Shown here in pieces: positions 1-8,650 of a stretch of 64,000 bases of DNA; the stretch's first letter is position 1, and each line of letters starts with the position of its first letter. This DNA is from a bacterium (GTDB taxonomy: Bacteria > Patescibacteriota > Minisyncoccia > UBA6257 > GWB1-50-10): assembly GCA_030647415.1 (NCBI GenBank), contig JAUSKB010000026.1, positions 10,894 to 74,893 of the forward strand, given 5' to 3'. Position numbers and translations under genes: made by a program. The notes below the pieces were generated by a model that did not search any database, was not told the origin of the DNA, and worked only from the letters and a program-made list of their open reading frames with translations.

Positions 1-86
1 GTTCCATGGAATTGCGACTATGCTCGCGGGAATGAAAGGTCGACTAGAACCCATCTCAAAAAGAGGTCTCCCGAACAGCACACATA

Positions 87-2033
87 ATGAAACCAACAAC
101 ACCAGCAGAGAACGCCCGCCCTGCCAGCCCGCTTCGCCGAAACATCAGCCCAGCCTCGACTCGACGTCTCGGCGAGGCGGGCGAGGCAAGCCGGCTAGGC
201 AGGCGCGCCCCAAAACCGGCCCGTCAGGGCATCCGCGCCGCGGGCTCACGCGGCAATAAAGAGATTCGCCCGCCGGCCGCCCGCCAGCTCGTCCGACCGA
301 GTCATCCGGGCGGACCGGACGGACAGGTAGGCGTGCACCCCGGCCATCCGCCGGCGCCGCACAACCCCGACACACTCCGATGGATTGCCTTGGGGGGGCT
401 CGAGGAGATCGGGCGGAACATGATGCTCCTCGAGTACCGGGATGAGATTCTCGCCATCGACGCGGGACTTCTCTTCGCCGCGGGCGAGGAGACGCCGGGC
501 GTCGACTACATCATCCCGAACACCACCTACCTCGAGGAGCGCAAGAAAAATATCAAAGCGCTCATCATCACGCACGCGCACTACGACCATATCGGGGCTA
601 TCCCCCACGTCATGGATAAGATTGGGAACCCGCTCATCTACACCACAGAGCTCTCGAAGGAAATTATCATGAAGCGCCAGGGTGATTATCCAACGAGCGC
701 GAAGCCGCGATTCAACATCGTGAGGCCCGGCGAGACGCACCAGCTCGGGAAGTACTTTGCCATCACCTTGTTCGATGTGGTCCACAACATACCAGAGGGG
801 TTTGGTATGATCATCCGGACACCCATCGGGAACATCGTCCACCCGGGCGAGTTCAAGTTCGACTACGACCATGAGGGGAAGCCGAGGGGCTTGGACATCT
901 GGAAGCGGGTCGGCGAGGAGGGTATTCACACCCTCATGCTCGACTCGACCGGTGCGGAGGTACCGGGATATTCAGTGTCGGAGCGTGTCGTCGAGACAGA
1001 GCTTGAGAAGGTCTTCCGCGCCGCGCCGGGGAGAATCCTCGTCGGAACCTTCGCCTCGCTCCTCGACCGACTGGGTGAAATCGTGAAAATCGCGGAAAAA
1101 ATCGGCCGCCACGTGGCGGTCACCGGACGTTCCATGTCCACGAACCTCCAGATCGCCCAAAACCTCCACTACTTCAAATTCGAGAAGGGCACCATCATCC
1201 CCTTGGAGGAGATCGGAAAGTACCGCGACGAGAAGCTCCTCATCCTCTGCACGGGCGCGCAGGGCGAACCGAAGGGCGCGCTGATGCGCATCGCGACGGG
1301 CGAGCACCGGCAGCTCAAGGTGAGAACAACGGACACCATCGTGCTCTCCTCCTCGGCAATTCCGGGAAACGAGCGGAGCATCCAGAACCTGAAGGATGGG
1401 CTCGCCCGGCAGGGCGCCATGGTCTACCACAACAAGATGCTCGACATCCACTCGTCGGGTCACGCGCCACAGGAGGAGCTGAAGGAGGTCATGCGGCTCG
1501 TGAAGCCCCGGTTTTTCCTGCCTATCCACGGCTACTACTTCATGCGCTGGCGAAACGCCCGCCACGCGGAGGAGGCGCTCGGCATGAAGCCGGAACACAC
1601 CCTCCTCGCGGACAACGGCATCGTGGTGGAGTTCGGGAAGGACTTCGCCCGCGTGACGAACGAGGAGGTTCCCTCCTCCTACGTCATGGTGGACGGCCTG
1701 GGCGTGGGCGACGTGGGTGAGGTGGTCCTGCGGGACCGAAAAACGCTCGCCGAGGAGGGCATGCTCGTCATCATTGTGACCCTCACGAAGCGCGACGGGC
1801 GCATCCTGAAGAACCCCGACATCATCTCCCGTGGCTTCATCTACCTAAAGGACAACCACGAGCTCCTAGACGAGCTCCGCGCGAAGATTCGCGGCATCCT
1901 CTCGCGTATCCCGCGCCACCAGTCCGTGGACGCCGAGTACGCGAAGACCCTGATTCGCGACCAAATCGGCCAGTTCATCTTCACGAAAACGAAGCGTCGT
2001 CCTATGATCTTACCCGTCCTTATCGAAATCTAG
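87..2033 (+). CDS. rnj: Ribonuclease J (metallo-beta-lactamase / beta-CASP RNase). The catalytic core starts near aa ~95 (LGGLEEIGRNM). The true start may be the in-frame GTG at ~333, so the first ~80 aa of this ORF (Arg/Pro-rich) may not be translated.
   Basis: HAHYDHIG metal-binding motif is present. The ORF is near-collinear with B. subtilis RNase J1 through the C-terminal KTKRRPMILPVLIEI. The N-terminal LGGLEEIGRN box is present. Confidence 0.85.
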   Translation: MKPTTPAENARPASPLRRNISPASTRRLGEAGEASRLGRRAPKPARQGIRAAGSRGNKEIRPPAARQLVRPSHPGGPDGQVGVHPGHPPAPHNPDTLRWIALGGLEEIGRNMMLLEYRDEILAIDAGLLFAAGEETPGVDYIIPNTTYLEERKKNIKALIITHAHYDHIGAIPHVMDKIGNPLIYTTELSKEIIMKRQGDYPTSAKPRFNIVRPGETHQLGKYFAITLFDVVHNIPEGFGMIIRTPIGNIVHPGEFKFDYDHEGKPRGLDIWKRVGEEGIHTLMLDSTGAEVPGYSVSERVVETELEKVFRAAPGRILVGTFASLLDRLGEIVKIAEKIGRHVAVTGRSMSTNLQIAQNLHYFKFEKGTIIPLEEIGKYRDEKLLILCTGAQGEPKGALMRIATGEHRQLKVRTTDTIVLSSSAIPGNERSIQNLKDGLARQGAMVYHNKMLDIHSSGHAPQEELKEVMRLVKPRFFLPIHGYYFMRWRNARHAEEALGMKPEHTLLADNGIVVEFGKDFARVTNEEVPSSYVMVDGLGVGDVGEVVLRDRKTLAEEGMLVIIVTLTKRDGRILKNPDIISRGFIYLKDNHELLDELRAKIRGILSRIPRHQSVDAEYAKTLIRDQIGQFIFTKTKRRPMILPVLIEI

Positions 2034-2046
2034 GGTGGCTCCCGAA

Positions 2047-2074
2047 GTCCGACCCCGCCGTGGCGGGGTCGGAC
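2047..2074. repeat. GC hairpin gtccgaccccgcc-gtgg-cggggtcggac downstream of rnj. A second 15-bp-stem hairpin lies at 2101-2134 (ttgctaaaacccgct-catag-agcgggttttagcaa).
   Basis: Perfect inverted repeats read directly. The same 'accccgcc..ggcggggt' core recurs at 4403-4419 and 20083-20126. Confidence 0.6.
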
Positions 2075-2199
2075 TTCCAAATATTGGTCCTGCGCCGATT
2101 TTGCTAAAACCCGCTCATAGAGCGGGTTTTAGCAAAAAAATTGACAGAAAATAATTCTCGTGATAGAAAGAAGTTAGTCCACAAACAAAAAGGAGGAAG

Positions 2200-2691
2200 A
2201 TGTTTACTTTGACTGTGAAACATCCAGGCGTGCGCCCGGAAATCATCTCGGGTCTCTTTGATCCGCGGTATGGGTATATTCTCGACCTTCGCACCGGTAA
2301 TCGGAAGGAGGATGGAACGTTGGTCTTCATCCTCTCAATTGATGTGGTCGAGAAAGAGGGTGGGTGCATACTCGGAAGGTTCGAATTCGAGGAGATTGTA
2401 GAATTTTTCGGCGAAATGGGAGTTCGTGTTTCGGATGCTCTCTTCCACCCACGCCGAGATATACTGGACGCGATTGCCACAGAAATCGTAGAGAATCACT
2501 GGCTCTCCAAAAATCATGAAAGGCTTACTATCACGGCCCTCCCCACTGGAAAGGCTGGTGGGGTAAACTACGAAAGCGGCCTCAATATGACTCCAAATAG
2601 GCCCAACGAAAAACTCCAATACTTCCCTCTCGCCCCTCAAAAACCGGATTCCGTGGAAGATTTGGAGGGGGTTTTCGAAGACCCTGATTGA
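2200..2691 (+). CDS. Hypothetical protein, paralogue of the 3934..4353 product.
   Basis: RBS aaggagg lies 7 nt upstream. Shares a block (LVFILSIDVVEKEGGCILGRFEFEEIVEFF vs WKFVLSIEVFPDDHSKVLGEFEFEQLLEFP) with ORF 3934..4353. Confidence 0.6.
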   Translation: MFTLTVKHPGVRPEIISGLFDPRYGYILDLRTGNRKEDGTLVFILSIDVVEKEGGCILGRFEFEEIVEFFGEMGVRVSDALFHPRRDILDAIATEIVENHWLSKNHERLTITALPTGKAGGVNYESGLNMTPNRPNEKLQYFPLAPQKPDSVEDLEGVFEDPD

Positions 2692-2700
2692 ACGTTCATA

Positions 2701-2729
2701 CGGCCCCGCGCATGCGGGGCCGCTTTTTT
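2701..2729 (+). terminator. Rho-independent terminator (cggccccgcg-catg-cggggccg followed by TTTTTT).
   Basis: GC hairpin plus U-run immediately after the stop of 2200..2691. Confidence 0.7.
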
Positions 2730-2867
2730 CACCCTAGGCCCCAGAGGCGAAGCCTCTGGAAAACCTTTTGTGGTATAATATGGACAATATTCCTTCAAAG
2801 ATTCGCCAGCAGGAGGCTGCGACATATTCCACCACCGCGCCAAACACATCTCGCCTCCAAACTCCAG

Positions 2868-2905
2868 TGTCTCAAATTTGTATCATATGATACAAATTTG
2901 AGACA
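2868..2905. repeat. Perfect 38-bp palindrome tgtctcaaatttgtatcata|tgatacaaatttgagaca, between the convergent gene ends 2691 and 2958.
   Basis: Read directly. The centre is CATATG. It is AT-rich and sits 3' of the toxin gene. Confidence 0.8.
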
Positions 2906-2957
2906 TCTGTCTTTTTATCATTTGTGCTCTGAACGAACGCGTCGGCCGGCCGCAAAC

Positions 2958-3215
2958 CTACTGGTACACCTTGTGGTTGCCTACAGAGTAGAAATACACC
3001 ACCTCCCCCTCGCCTCGCTGGAACACAATCCGGTACCTGAATCCAATTGAGAAAGACCAGAAATCTTTCAAACGGCCGTGGAGCTTGTGCGCACCGAGCC
3101 GCGTATCAAACGAATCGACACGGAACAGAGCTTCGCGTTTCTCTGCCTCAATCTGCGTCTTGTGGGGGAGTTTTTTATATTCTCGTATGAATTTCGGTGC
3201 GTATACAATTCTCAT
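2958..3215 (-). CDS. Type II toxin, RelE/ParE family (mRNA interferase / plasmid-stabilisation toxin).
   Basis: The C-terminal GRLKDFWSFSIGFRYRIVF...VVYFYSVGNHKVYQ is a typical RelE/ParE signature. The 85-aa product begins 7 nt after the antitoxin stop. Confidence 0.75.
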   Translation of the reverse strand: MRIVYAPKFIREYKKLPHKTQIEAEKREALFRVDSFDTRLGAHKLHGRLKDFWSFSIGFRYRIVFQRGEGEVVYFYSVGNHKVYQ

Positions 3216-3221
3216 GAATCG

Positions 3222-3446
3222 TTACGCGCGCCCTCGCAAACTTTTCAGTGAATGCAGTATCCTCCCCTTTCCTCGCGCAATGTCGCGTTGCGCCTCTCGA
3301 AGCTCTTGAAGCACCTGCTCTTCGTCCCAAAGACGAAGAAGGTCTCTAAAAAACTCGCTTTTCGTCGCATAGCGTCCGCTTGCGACCGCACACTCAACTT
3401 TTTTTGCAAGTTCGGAAGGGAGCGAAATATTGATGATGTTTCTCAT
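3222..3446 (-). CDS. Type II antitoxin, ParD/CopG-like ribbon-helix-helix.
   Basis: N-terminal IINISLPSELAKKVECAVASGRYATKSEFFRDLLRLW matches the ParD RHH pattern. It is encoded immediately upstream of the toxin. Confidence 0.65.
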   Translation of the reverse strand: MRNIINISLPSELAKKVECAVASGRYATKSEFFRDLLRLWDEEQVLQELREAQRDIARGKGRILHSLKSLRGRA

Positions 3447-3540
3447 GAATCAGGTTCTCACCTATAATGCTCGTGCGACTCTTTTCGGCATTGTAACATA
3501 TATTATTACAGGCGCAAGTGAGGTTGTGGCAACCTGGTGC

Positions 3541-3568
3541 TTGACAAATAGAATAAGTGTGTTAAGAT
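3541..3568 (+). promoter_or_regulatory. Sigma70-like promoter: TTGACA, 16-nt spacer, TAAGAT.
   Basis: Consensus -35 hexamer with proper spacing. It faces the ORF-less structured region 3575-3890. Confidence 0.45.
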
Positions 3569-3574
3569 GCTATC

Positions 3575-3890
3575 AGAATTTTTTCCTGTCGAGCGGCGCT
3601 TGCGGTGGGCATGCGCGACAGCGTGCGGTACAGCGTCATGAGGCCAATTTCCACTCCCGGAAATCCCTTGACGCCATTTCAAGGAAGAGTGGGGTGAGAG
3701 TCTCGGGCGGTTCCTGCCGTCTGGGGAGAGATGACCTTGCTCGTCCACTGTCGACTATGGAAGGTCGGCACGTCTGGGCAACCGGACGGTGGATGCAGGA
3801 TAGCTTCCATAACTGGGCCCGGCAATTCGATTGTCGGGCCCTTCCAATTTCCGGGACGTTGACGCTGGCGTCCGATACGTGGTAGAAGAT
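3575..3890 (+). ncRNA. Unassigned structured non-coding region. It may be a long leader of gene 3934..4353 or a ncRNA of unknown class, and it ends in a tRNA-like stem gggcccggcaattcgattgtcgggccc.
   Basis: ORFs open in all six frames. The hypothetical 151-aa translation is Cys/Trp/Arg-rich. The region is GC-rich with many local hairpins. It has partial similarity to RNase P P4 strands, but weaker than the locus at 7950-8470. Confidence 0.25.
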
Positions 3891-3933
3891 ATGTAGTTCA
3901 CGTGCGCATTTATCACATTTAATAGGAGGTTCC

Positions 3934-4353
3934 ATGCAGATTTCAATTCTGGCGCTCATCAGCAGACAACAAATTCATTCGGAGTATTTCGCCCGCCGGT
4001 ACGCCTACATGCTGAAACTGCGACCGATGGAAACCGGTGAATGGAAGTTCGTCCTCTCCATCGAGGTGTTTCCAGACGACCATAGTAAGGTCCTCGGGGA
4101 GTTCGAGTTCGAACAACTGCTCGAATTCCCACCACAGGTGACTATGAGCGTCATGGACAGCTTTTTCGCTGAACCGAAGAAAAAGCTTGTCGCTCTGGAG
4201 ACACTCGTCAAAAAATACGCAAAGTTCGATTTCGAGGACGGCGTCGTCCGTATCGAAGCGCTACATATAGATTACGTGAGTAACCTAAATATGGTGGCGA
4301 ACAAGCCCGATGCACAACTTCTGCATTTTCCGTTCACTTCCCTGCCCAAATAA
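3934..4353 (+). CDS. Hypothetical protein, paralogue of the 2200..2691 product.
   Basis: RBS taggagg. Shares the conserved block with the paralogue (see above). Confidence 0.6.
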   Translation: MQISILALISRQQIHSEYFARRYAYMLKLRPMETGEWKFVLSIEVFPDDHSKVLGEFEFEQLLEFPPQVTMSVMDSFFAEPKKKLVALETLVKKYAKFDFEDGVVRIEALHIDYVSNLNMVANKPDAQLLHFPFTSLPK

Positions 4354-4402
4354 TGAAGGTTTGGGCTTGGAGAAAGAAATGCTCATCGTTCTAAATTACG
4401 AC

Positions 4403-4432
4403 CCCGCCGTGGCGGGGCCGCTTTTGTTTTTT
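4403..4432 (+). terminator. Rho-independent terminator (ccccgcc-gtgg-cggggc followed by a T-run).
   Basis: Hairpin plus cttttgtttttt after the stop of 3934..4353. Same core as the hairpin at 2051-2070. Confidence 0.65.
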
Positions 4433-4525
4433 GCCCGCGCTCTTGAGACTCAGCATGGAATTCCTCGCGCGTGGCGCAGGGCGGGTCGTTGGTTACACAC
4501 AGAATTGCGCATACGAGGAATCTGT

Positions 4526-5524
4526 ATGAAAATGATCTCAATGAATCCAGAAAAAAGCTCCGCTCGTAATCTCCCGAAGAGCGGCGAGTTAGATATCGAA
4601 CGGGCGCTCGAGCGGACGCGCCTCATGCCCGAAACAGCGCGTGTGACACTCGCAACGGTCCGTGAGTTCGTGCCTAAAGGTCCGGTAGCCACACTCGACT
4701 ACACGATCGCCGACAGCGCCGGCGTGCCGAGTGTTGAGCGGTGGAATCGCACGGAAGGGCGTGACGGAACCCTGCTCGGCTTCTCATACACTGATGGCGG
4801 CGAAACCATTTTAAACTTTGATCACCATAGTCGCGCGAGAGAGTTTGAGCGGCGCGTTTCAACCACAAACCTCGTTTCCCAGTTCCTCCGCGAGGGAAAT
4901 GTGGTCGAGGGCGTGCCGCTCATTCACCACACTGATTGTGACAGCGTGCTCGCGAGCCTCCTCGCAAGCGGCGGCGCGGAATCAAATGAGCTATTCGACA
5001 ACGCGGCGATTGCGGCAGATCACACGGGCGCGCGGAATGAAATTGCAGACCTCCTCCAGGCACTTGGACCATTCCGCGACTACACGCGGTCACTGTACGC
5101 CCTCAATGCACTCCTCCACGGAGAGCAACTCGATGGTGAAACAAGAGCACGTGTCGAAAAACGGCAGCGCGATCGTGCGCAGGTAGCTGCGCTCCCGTTC
5201 GAGACGTTTGCTCACCGCGTAGTACTTGCCCACATCAAGGACCGTGTCGACGGGGAGCTTGCTCCGGCGGCGTTCCCCCGCGCAGCTGTAATCCTTCTCG
5301 CCAGACCAATGCCTGACGTTTCAAACCGATGGGAAATAAAGGTGCGTGCGGGACTTGCCTTCCCCGAAGGGCGCTCGCTCCACGAGCTATCGCTTGATGC
5401 ATACGGCGGAAGATGGAACGCGGGGAGCACAAAACGCAGCGGAGGTACAGCGCTCACCCCAGAGCACTACGCGGAGCTCGTGAGCCGGCAAATCGAAGAA
5501 GTATTCGGGAATCAGCGGGCATAG
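4526..5524 (+). CDS. Hypothetical protein (~332 aa). The start was moved to MKMISMN, downstream of the terminator.
   Basis: The long ORF 4310..5524 spans a terminator hairpin, so I took the first ATG after it. No confident family assignment. Confidence 0.5.
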   Translation: MKMISMNPEKSSARNLPKSGELDIERALERTRLMPETARVTLATVREFVPKGPVATLDYTIADSAGVPSVERWNRTEGRDGTLLGFSYTDGGETILNFDHHSRAREFERRVSTTNLVSQFLREGNVVEGVPLIHHTDCDSVLASLLASGGAESNELFDNAAIAADHTGARNEIADLLQALGPFRDYTRSLYALNALLHGEQLDGETRARVEKRQRDRAQVAALPFETFAHRVVLAHIKDRVDGELAPAAFPRAAVILLARPMPDVSNRWEIKVRAGLAFPEGRSLHELSLDAYGGRWNAGSTKRSGGTALTPEHYAELVSRQIEEVFGNQRA

Positions 5525-5580
5525 CTTCCCTTTTTCTGGAGTTCGCCTATGCTAGAGGTATCGAAGCGGAAGCTTGCGGT

Positions 5581-6606
5581 ATGACAACAAAAAAACTAAC
5601 ACCAAAAGCGGAGGGGGCACCCAAGAGAAAACCAGTGCTCGTTTCTGGCATCCAGCCGACCGGGAAGCTCCATCTCGGGAACTACCTCGGCGCCCTGAAG
5701 CATTTCGTGGAGCTCCAGAATTCGGGGAAATACAACTGCTATTTCTTTATTGCCGATCTCCACTCCATGACGGAGGCGTACAATCCGGACGAAAAGCCCT
5801 CCCAGATCCTCGATCTTGCGGCGGACTACCTCGCGGCAGGTATTGATTCCAAACAATCAATCTTGTTCGTGCAGTCGGAGGTACCGGCGCACGCGGAGCT
5901 CGCGTGGATTTTGAATACGGTGACACCCATAGGCGAGCTCAAGCGCATGACGCAGTTCAAGGAGAAGGGCGGAACCGACGGGGACGCAACAAATGCCGGC
6001 CTGTTTGACTACCCAGTCCTCATGGCGGCGGATATCCTTCTGTACAACGCGGCGGTCGTGCCAGTCGGCGACGATCAGGATCAGCACTTGGAGCTCACCC
6101 GGACGCTCGTGCGACGATTCAATAAGCGCTACGGTGACACCTTCGTCGAACCCCAACCGCTCCACACGAACGTGCTGCGGCTCATGAGTCTGGACGACCC
6201 AAGGCGGAAAATGTCAAAATCTCGCTCCGCGGGATGCCTCTTCCTCGACGATGAGCCGGCGGTGATCCGAAAGAAAATCATGCGCGCGGTCACCGACTCG
6301 GGGAACGAGGTGCTCGCGGAGGTCGAGGGGAAACCCGCGATGACGAACCTCCTCCTCATCTACAGCGCCCTCTCGGGAATCGCAGTGCGGGATATCGAAA
6401 AGAAGTACGCGGGGAAGGGGTACGGCGAATTCAAGAAGGGCCTCGCGGAGGTCGTGGTAAATTCACTCACACCTTTCCAAGCGGCGAAAAAAAAGCTGAA
6501 ACCGGCGATCGTCGAGAAAGCGCTGGACGATGGTGCGAAGCAGGCGCGTACGGTCGCCATAAAAAAGCTCCGCGAGGTCTACGCCAGCGTGGGCCTTATG
6601 CGGTAA
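5581..6606 (+). CDS. trpS: Tryptophanyl-tRNA synthetase.
   Basis: Class I HIGH-region variant GIQPTGKLHLGNYLGA, typical of TrpRS. KMSKS motif present. ~340 aa. Confidence 0.9.
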   Translation: MTTKKLTPKAEGAPKRKPVLVSGIQPTGKLHLGNYLGALKHFVELQNSGKYNCYFFIADLHSMTEAYNPDEKPSQILDLAADYLAAGIDSKQSILFVQSEVPAHAELAWILNTVTPIGELKRMTQFKEKGGTDGDATNAGLFDYPVLMAADILLYNAAVVPVGDDQDQHLELTRTLVRRFNKRYGDTFVEPQPLHTNVLRLMSLDDPRRKMSKSRSAGCLFLDDEPAVIRKKIMRAVTDSGNEVLAEVEGKPAMTNLLLIYSALSGIAVRDIEKKYAGKGYGEFKKGLAEVVVNSLTPFQAAKKKLKPAIVEKALDDGAKQARTVAIKKLREVYASVGLMR

Positions 6607-6609
6607 ATT

Positions 6610-7392
6610 ATGCCCTCTACAAAACCACTTGAGGGAGTTGGGCTTTCCGAACGACAGGCACGAGTATACCTCGGCACGCTTGAACTCGGACGTGGCACCG
6701 TTCAGGAAATAGCAGTGAAGTGCGGCGAAAAACGGGTAACGACGCATGTGATTCTTATAGAGCTCGAGTCAAAGGGACTCGTTCGGTTTATAAAATCCGG
6801 GAAACATCGGATTGTCGAAACAACCCCCCCGGAGTCACTCCTTGCACTCATTCGCGACCAGGAGCGCCTGCTCCGCGTCCGTGAGGAAACACTGCGTAAA
6901 ACGCTTCCGGAGCTCTCGATGGTCTATAATCTTGCGCACGCGAGTCCGACCGTGAAATTCTATGAAGGTCCGGAGGGCATCCGCGCACTCCGCGAAGAAG
7001 CGCTTCGTGCAAGCAGTAAGGTGAAGCGCGTAGTGGGATTTGTATCAATCGACAAGCTTTTCGCGGCATTCGGTAAGGGCGAGCAGGAATTTTCGTTGGA
7101 GCGCGTACAACGCGGTATCCGTTCCCGAGTCATCTACACCACGAAAAGCGGTCCGCGACCTGACGCGACAAGCCCAAAGCTCCTCCGCGAAGCGAGGTTT
7201 GTCCCGCCGGAAAAGTTCCCATTCCAGAGCGACATATCCATCTACGGCGACAAGGTTTCCTTTGTGGCGCTCACCGGGAACTTGAATGGGGTCATGATCA
7301 CCAGCAAGAGTATCGCAGATACCATGCTCGCTATCTTTGAACTCGCCTGGATCCAGGCGGAAAAAACCGACCGGGCGGCACGCGGTGAGTAA
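6610..7392 (+). CDS. TrmB-family transcriptional regulator.
   Basis: N-terminal wHTH (LSERQARVYLGTLELGRGTVQEIA) and overall length and architecture match TrmB-like regulators. Confidence 0.65.
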   Translation: MPSTKPLEGVGLSERQARVYLGTLELGRGTVQEIAVKCGEKRVTTHVILIELESKGLVRFIKSGKHRIVETTPPESLLALIRDQERLLRVREETLRKTLPELSMVYNLAHASPTVKFYEGPEGIRALREEALRASSKVKRVVGFVSIDKLFAAFGKGEQEFSLERVQRGIRSRVIYTTKSGPRPDATSPKLLREARFVPPEKFPFQSDISIYGDKVSFVALTGNLNGVMITSKSIADTMLAIFELAWIQAEKTDRAARGE

Positions 7393-7407
7393 TTCTGCCA
7401 CTGGGGC

Positions 7408-7436
7408 TTGACAAAAAATTATATAGGAGCTATAAT
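7408..7436 (+). promoter_or_regulatory. Perfect sigma70 consensus promoter: TTGACA, 17 nt, TATAAT.
   Basis: Read directly. No ORF lies downstream. Confidence 0.6.
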
Positions 7437-7442
7437 TGCGCC

Positions 7443-7800
7443 AGAATTATTAATTCACCGTTTCATCCACCCATCGGAGACCGACGTATGGGATGGTAGA
7501 CCTTAAGCCACAGCCTCGTCGCAGGTGTATACGCATGCATCGCATGCATGTCCACCTGCCGTCGAGGAGGGGCATAAATAAAGATTTTCGGTCTAACCAC
7601 TTACTACCAAGAAAGGAGATTTAGTTATGTTCTGGTAGTCTGCGGCGTTTATTAGATGTTGGAACCGGGCGTCGAGCCGCGACGCGAAAAGGTTCCTATG
7701 GATTACCTCTAATAATATGATGTGTGTTTCTCACTCATAGATATAGAGGGGTGTACATATTCTGGAGCGATGACGCAAGTCGTCGCTCCTTTTTTATTTA
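7443..7800 (+). ncRNA. Candidate ~350-nt sRNA of unknown class, between a consensus promoter and a strong terminator.
   Basis: Terminator hairpin ggagcgatgac-gcaa-gtcgtcgctcc followed by TTTTTTATTT at ~7766-7800. Internal palindromes include gcatgcatcgcatgcatg. A hairpin (ctaccaagaa...ttctggtag) sequesters an SD plus ATG-TTC-TGG-TAG mini-ORF. Confidence 0.4.
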
Positions 7801-7913
7801 CAATCAGTATTTTTGACTAATATACTGTTAAAATAATATAACTTTATTGTTACTACATATGATTAAATTAGATATATGATGGTTTATATAGGTATAATAA
7901 GAGTTATATGCTA

Positions 7914-7942
7914 TTGACAAATAAAACAAGCGGGTGTATACT
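7914..7942 (+). promoter_or_regulatory. Sigma70-like promoter: TTGACA, 17 nt, TATACT.
   Basis: Read directly. Lies upstream of the RNase P RNA candidate. Confidence 0.55.
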
Positions 7943-7954
7943 GTCACCAGAAAC

Positions 7955-8470
7955 TTGAGATTTGGACAAGTACATAGGAATTTCAGGGGAAGGGTTCCCC
8001 CTCCCAGTCTTAATACCGAGGGGCCTTCCCCTGAAATTCCTATGCGCCAAGCCATACCGAGACGAAAGTCCACGGGTATAAGACTAAGACGCAGAGGAGC
8101 TATGCGGCAGCCACTTCTTCATTCGTTCCATCCCTTACAAGAAACGAATGAGGAGGTGCTCTTGGGGTAACTGGGGACTTTTTCCCCATCATGCTTTCTG
8201 GGTGATATGGATAACCTAGTTGGCAAATACCACAAGTGAGATCGTCAAGTGATGTCGTCTTGACGACCAGCCGCGAGGGTTTGCTGGCTCGTACAGCCAG
8301 CGAGAGCGCTTTTTCCTACAGAGGCATTTCTGCAACTGCACTAAATTTGCATCAAGGTGCACGGCAGTATGACTTTTGCAAGGGTTTCCCGCTCGTTCCA
8401 AGTAATGCGCAGTTTTGGTCATTACAGAAAATGACCTACTGAAGCAGAGCGGTTCCGATCGGCCGACTGG
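7955..8470 (+). ncRNA. rnpB: RNase P RNA candidate with an unusually long P3-like hairpin (22-bp perfect stem at ~7971-8042).
   Basis: Landmarks occur in the correct order: CGAAAGUCCACGGG (P4 5' strand, ~8062), GGGGUAACUGGGG (~8170), GGGUGAUAUGG (~8200), UUACAGAAAAUGACC (P4 3' strand, ~8424). The P4 strands are ~360 nt apart. No ORFs. A hairpin follows at 8475-8495. Confidence 0.55.
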
Positions 8471-8557
8471 AACGCAGCGCGGGTCGAACCCGCGCTAGGA
8501 CGAACCACGCCAGGTGCGTGGAGAAACATACAGTTTGTGGGGTGATTGGAAAAAACC

Positions 8558-8618
8558 AATCGCCCCTACACTCGAGGTCATCACATGGTGTGGTGCACTC
8601 GACGGTAGGAAAGTGAAC
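8558..8618 (+). promoter_or_regulatory. Conserved ~55-nt structured leader motif, copy 1 (cccctacactcgag-GTCATCAC..GGTG-cactcgacggtagg), ~35 nt upstream of the 8651 ATG.
   Basis: Three copies lie at 8558, 9438 and 10031. The outer stems cctac/gtagg and tcgag/ctcga are conserved. The inner hairpin shows covariation (cacaTGGtgtg vs cacggAGACGccgtg). Confidence 0.5.
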
Positions 8619-8650
8619 ATTCACAAACTAATGGCTAGGAGAGTAACACT

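Noticed and set aside
3430-3885. 151-aa ORF (MMMFLMNQ...) as a protein-coding gene.
   Set aside because: Cys/Trp/Arg-rich nonsense-like composition. ORFs open in all six frames across the same span. The region is dense in hairpins and sits behind a promoter. Treated as a structured RNA or leader instead.
3575-3890. Cobalamin riboswitch (strings resembling the B12 box, AGUC..CCUGCC, and CCACUGU are present).
   Set aside because: The motifs occur in the wrong 5'-to-3' order relative to the cobalamin riboswitch consensus. The GGUGNAAAUCC core is absent.
8475-8495. Possible tRNA T-arm (agcgcgggtcgaacccgcgct, containing TTCGA on the minus strand).
   Set aside because: No acceptor, D or anticodon arms can be built around it. 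It is a simple perfect palindrome, taken as a hairpin or terminator after the RNase P RNA candidate.
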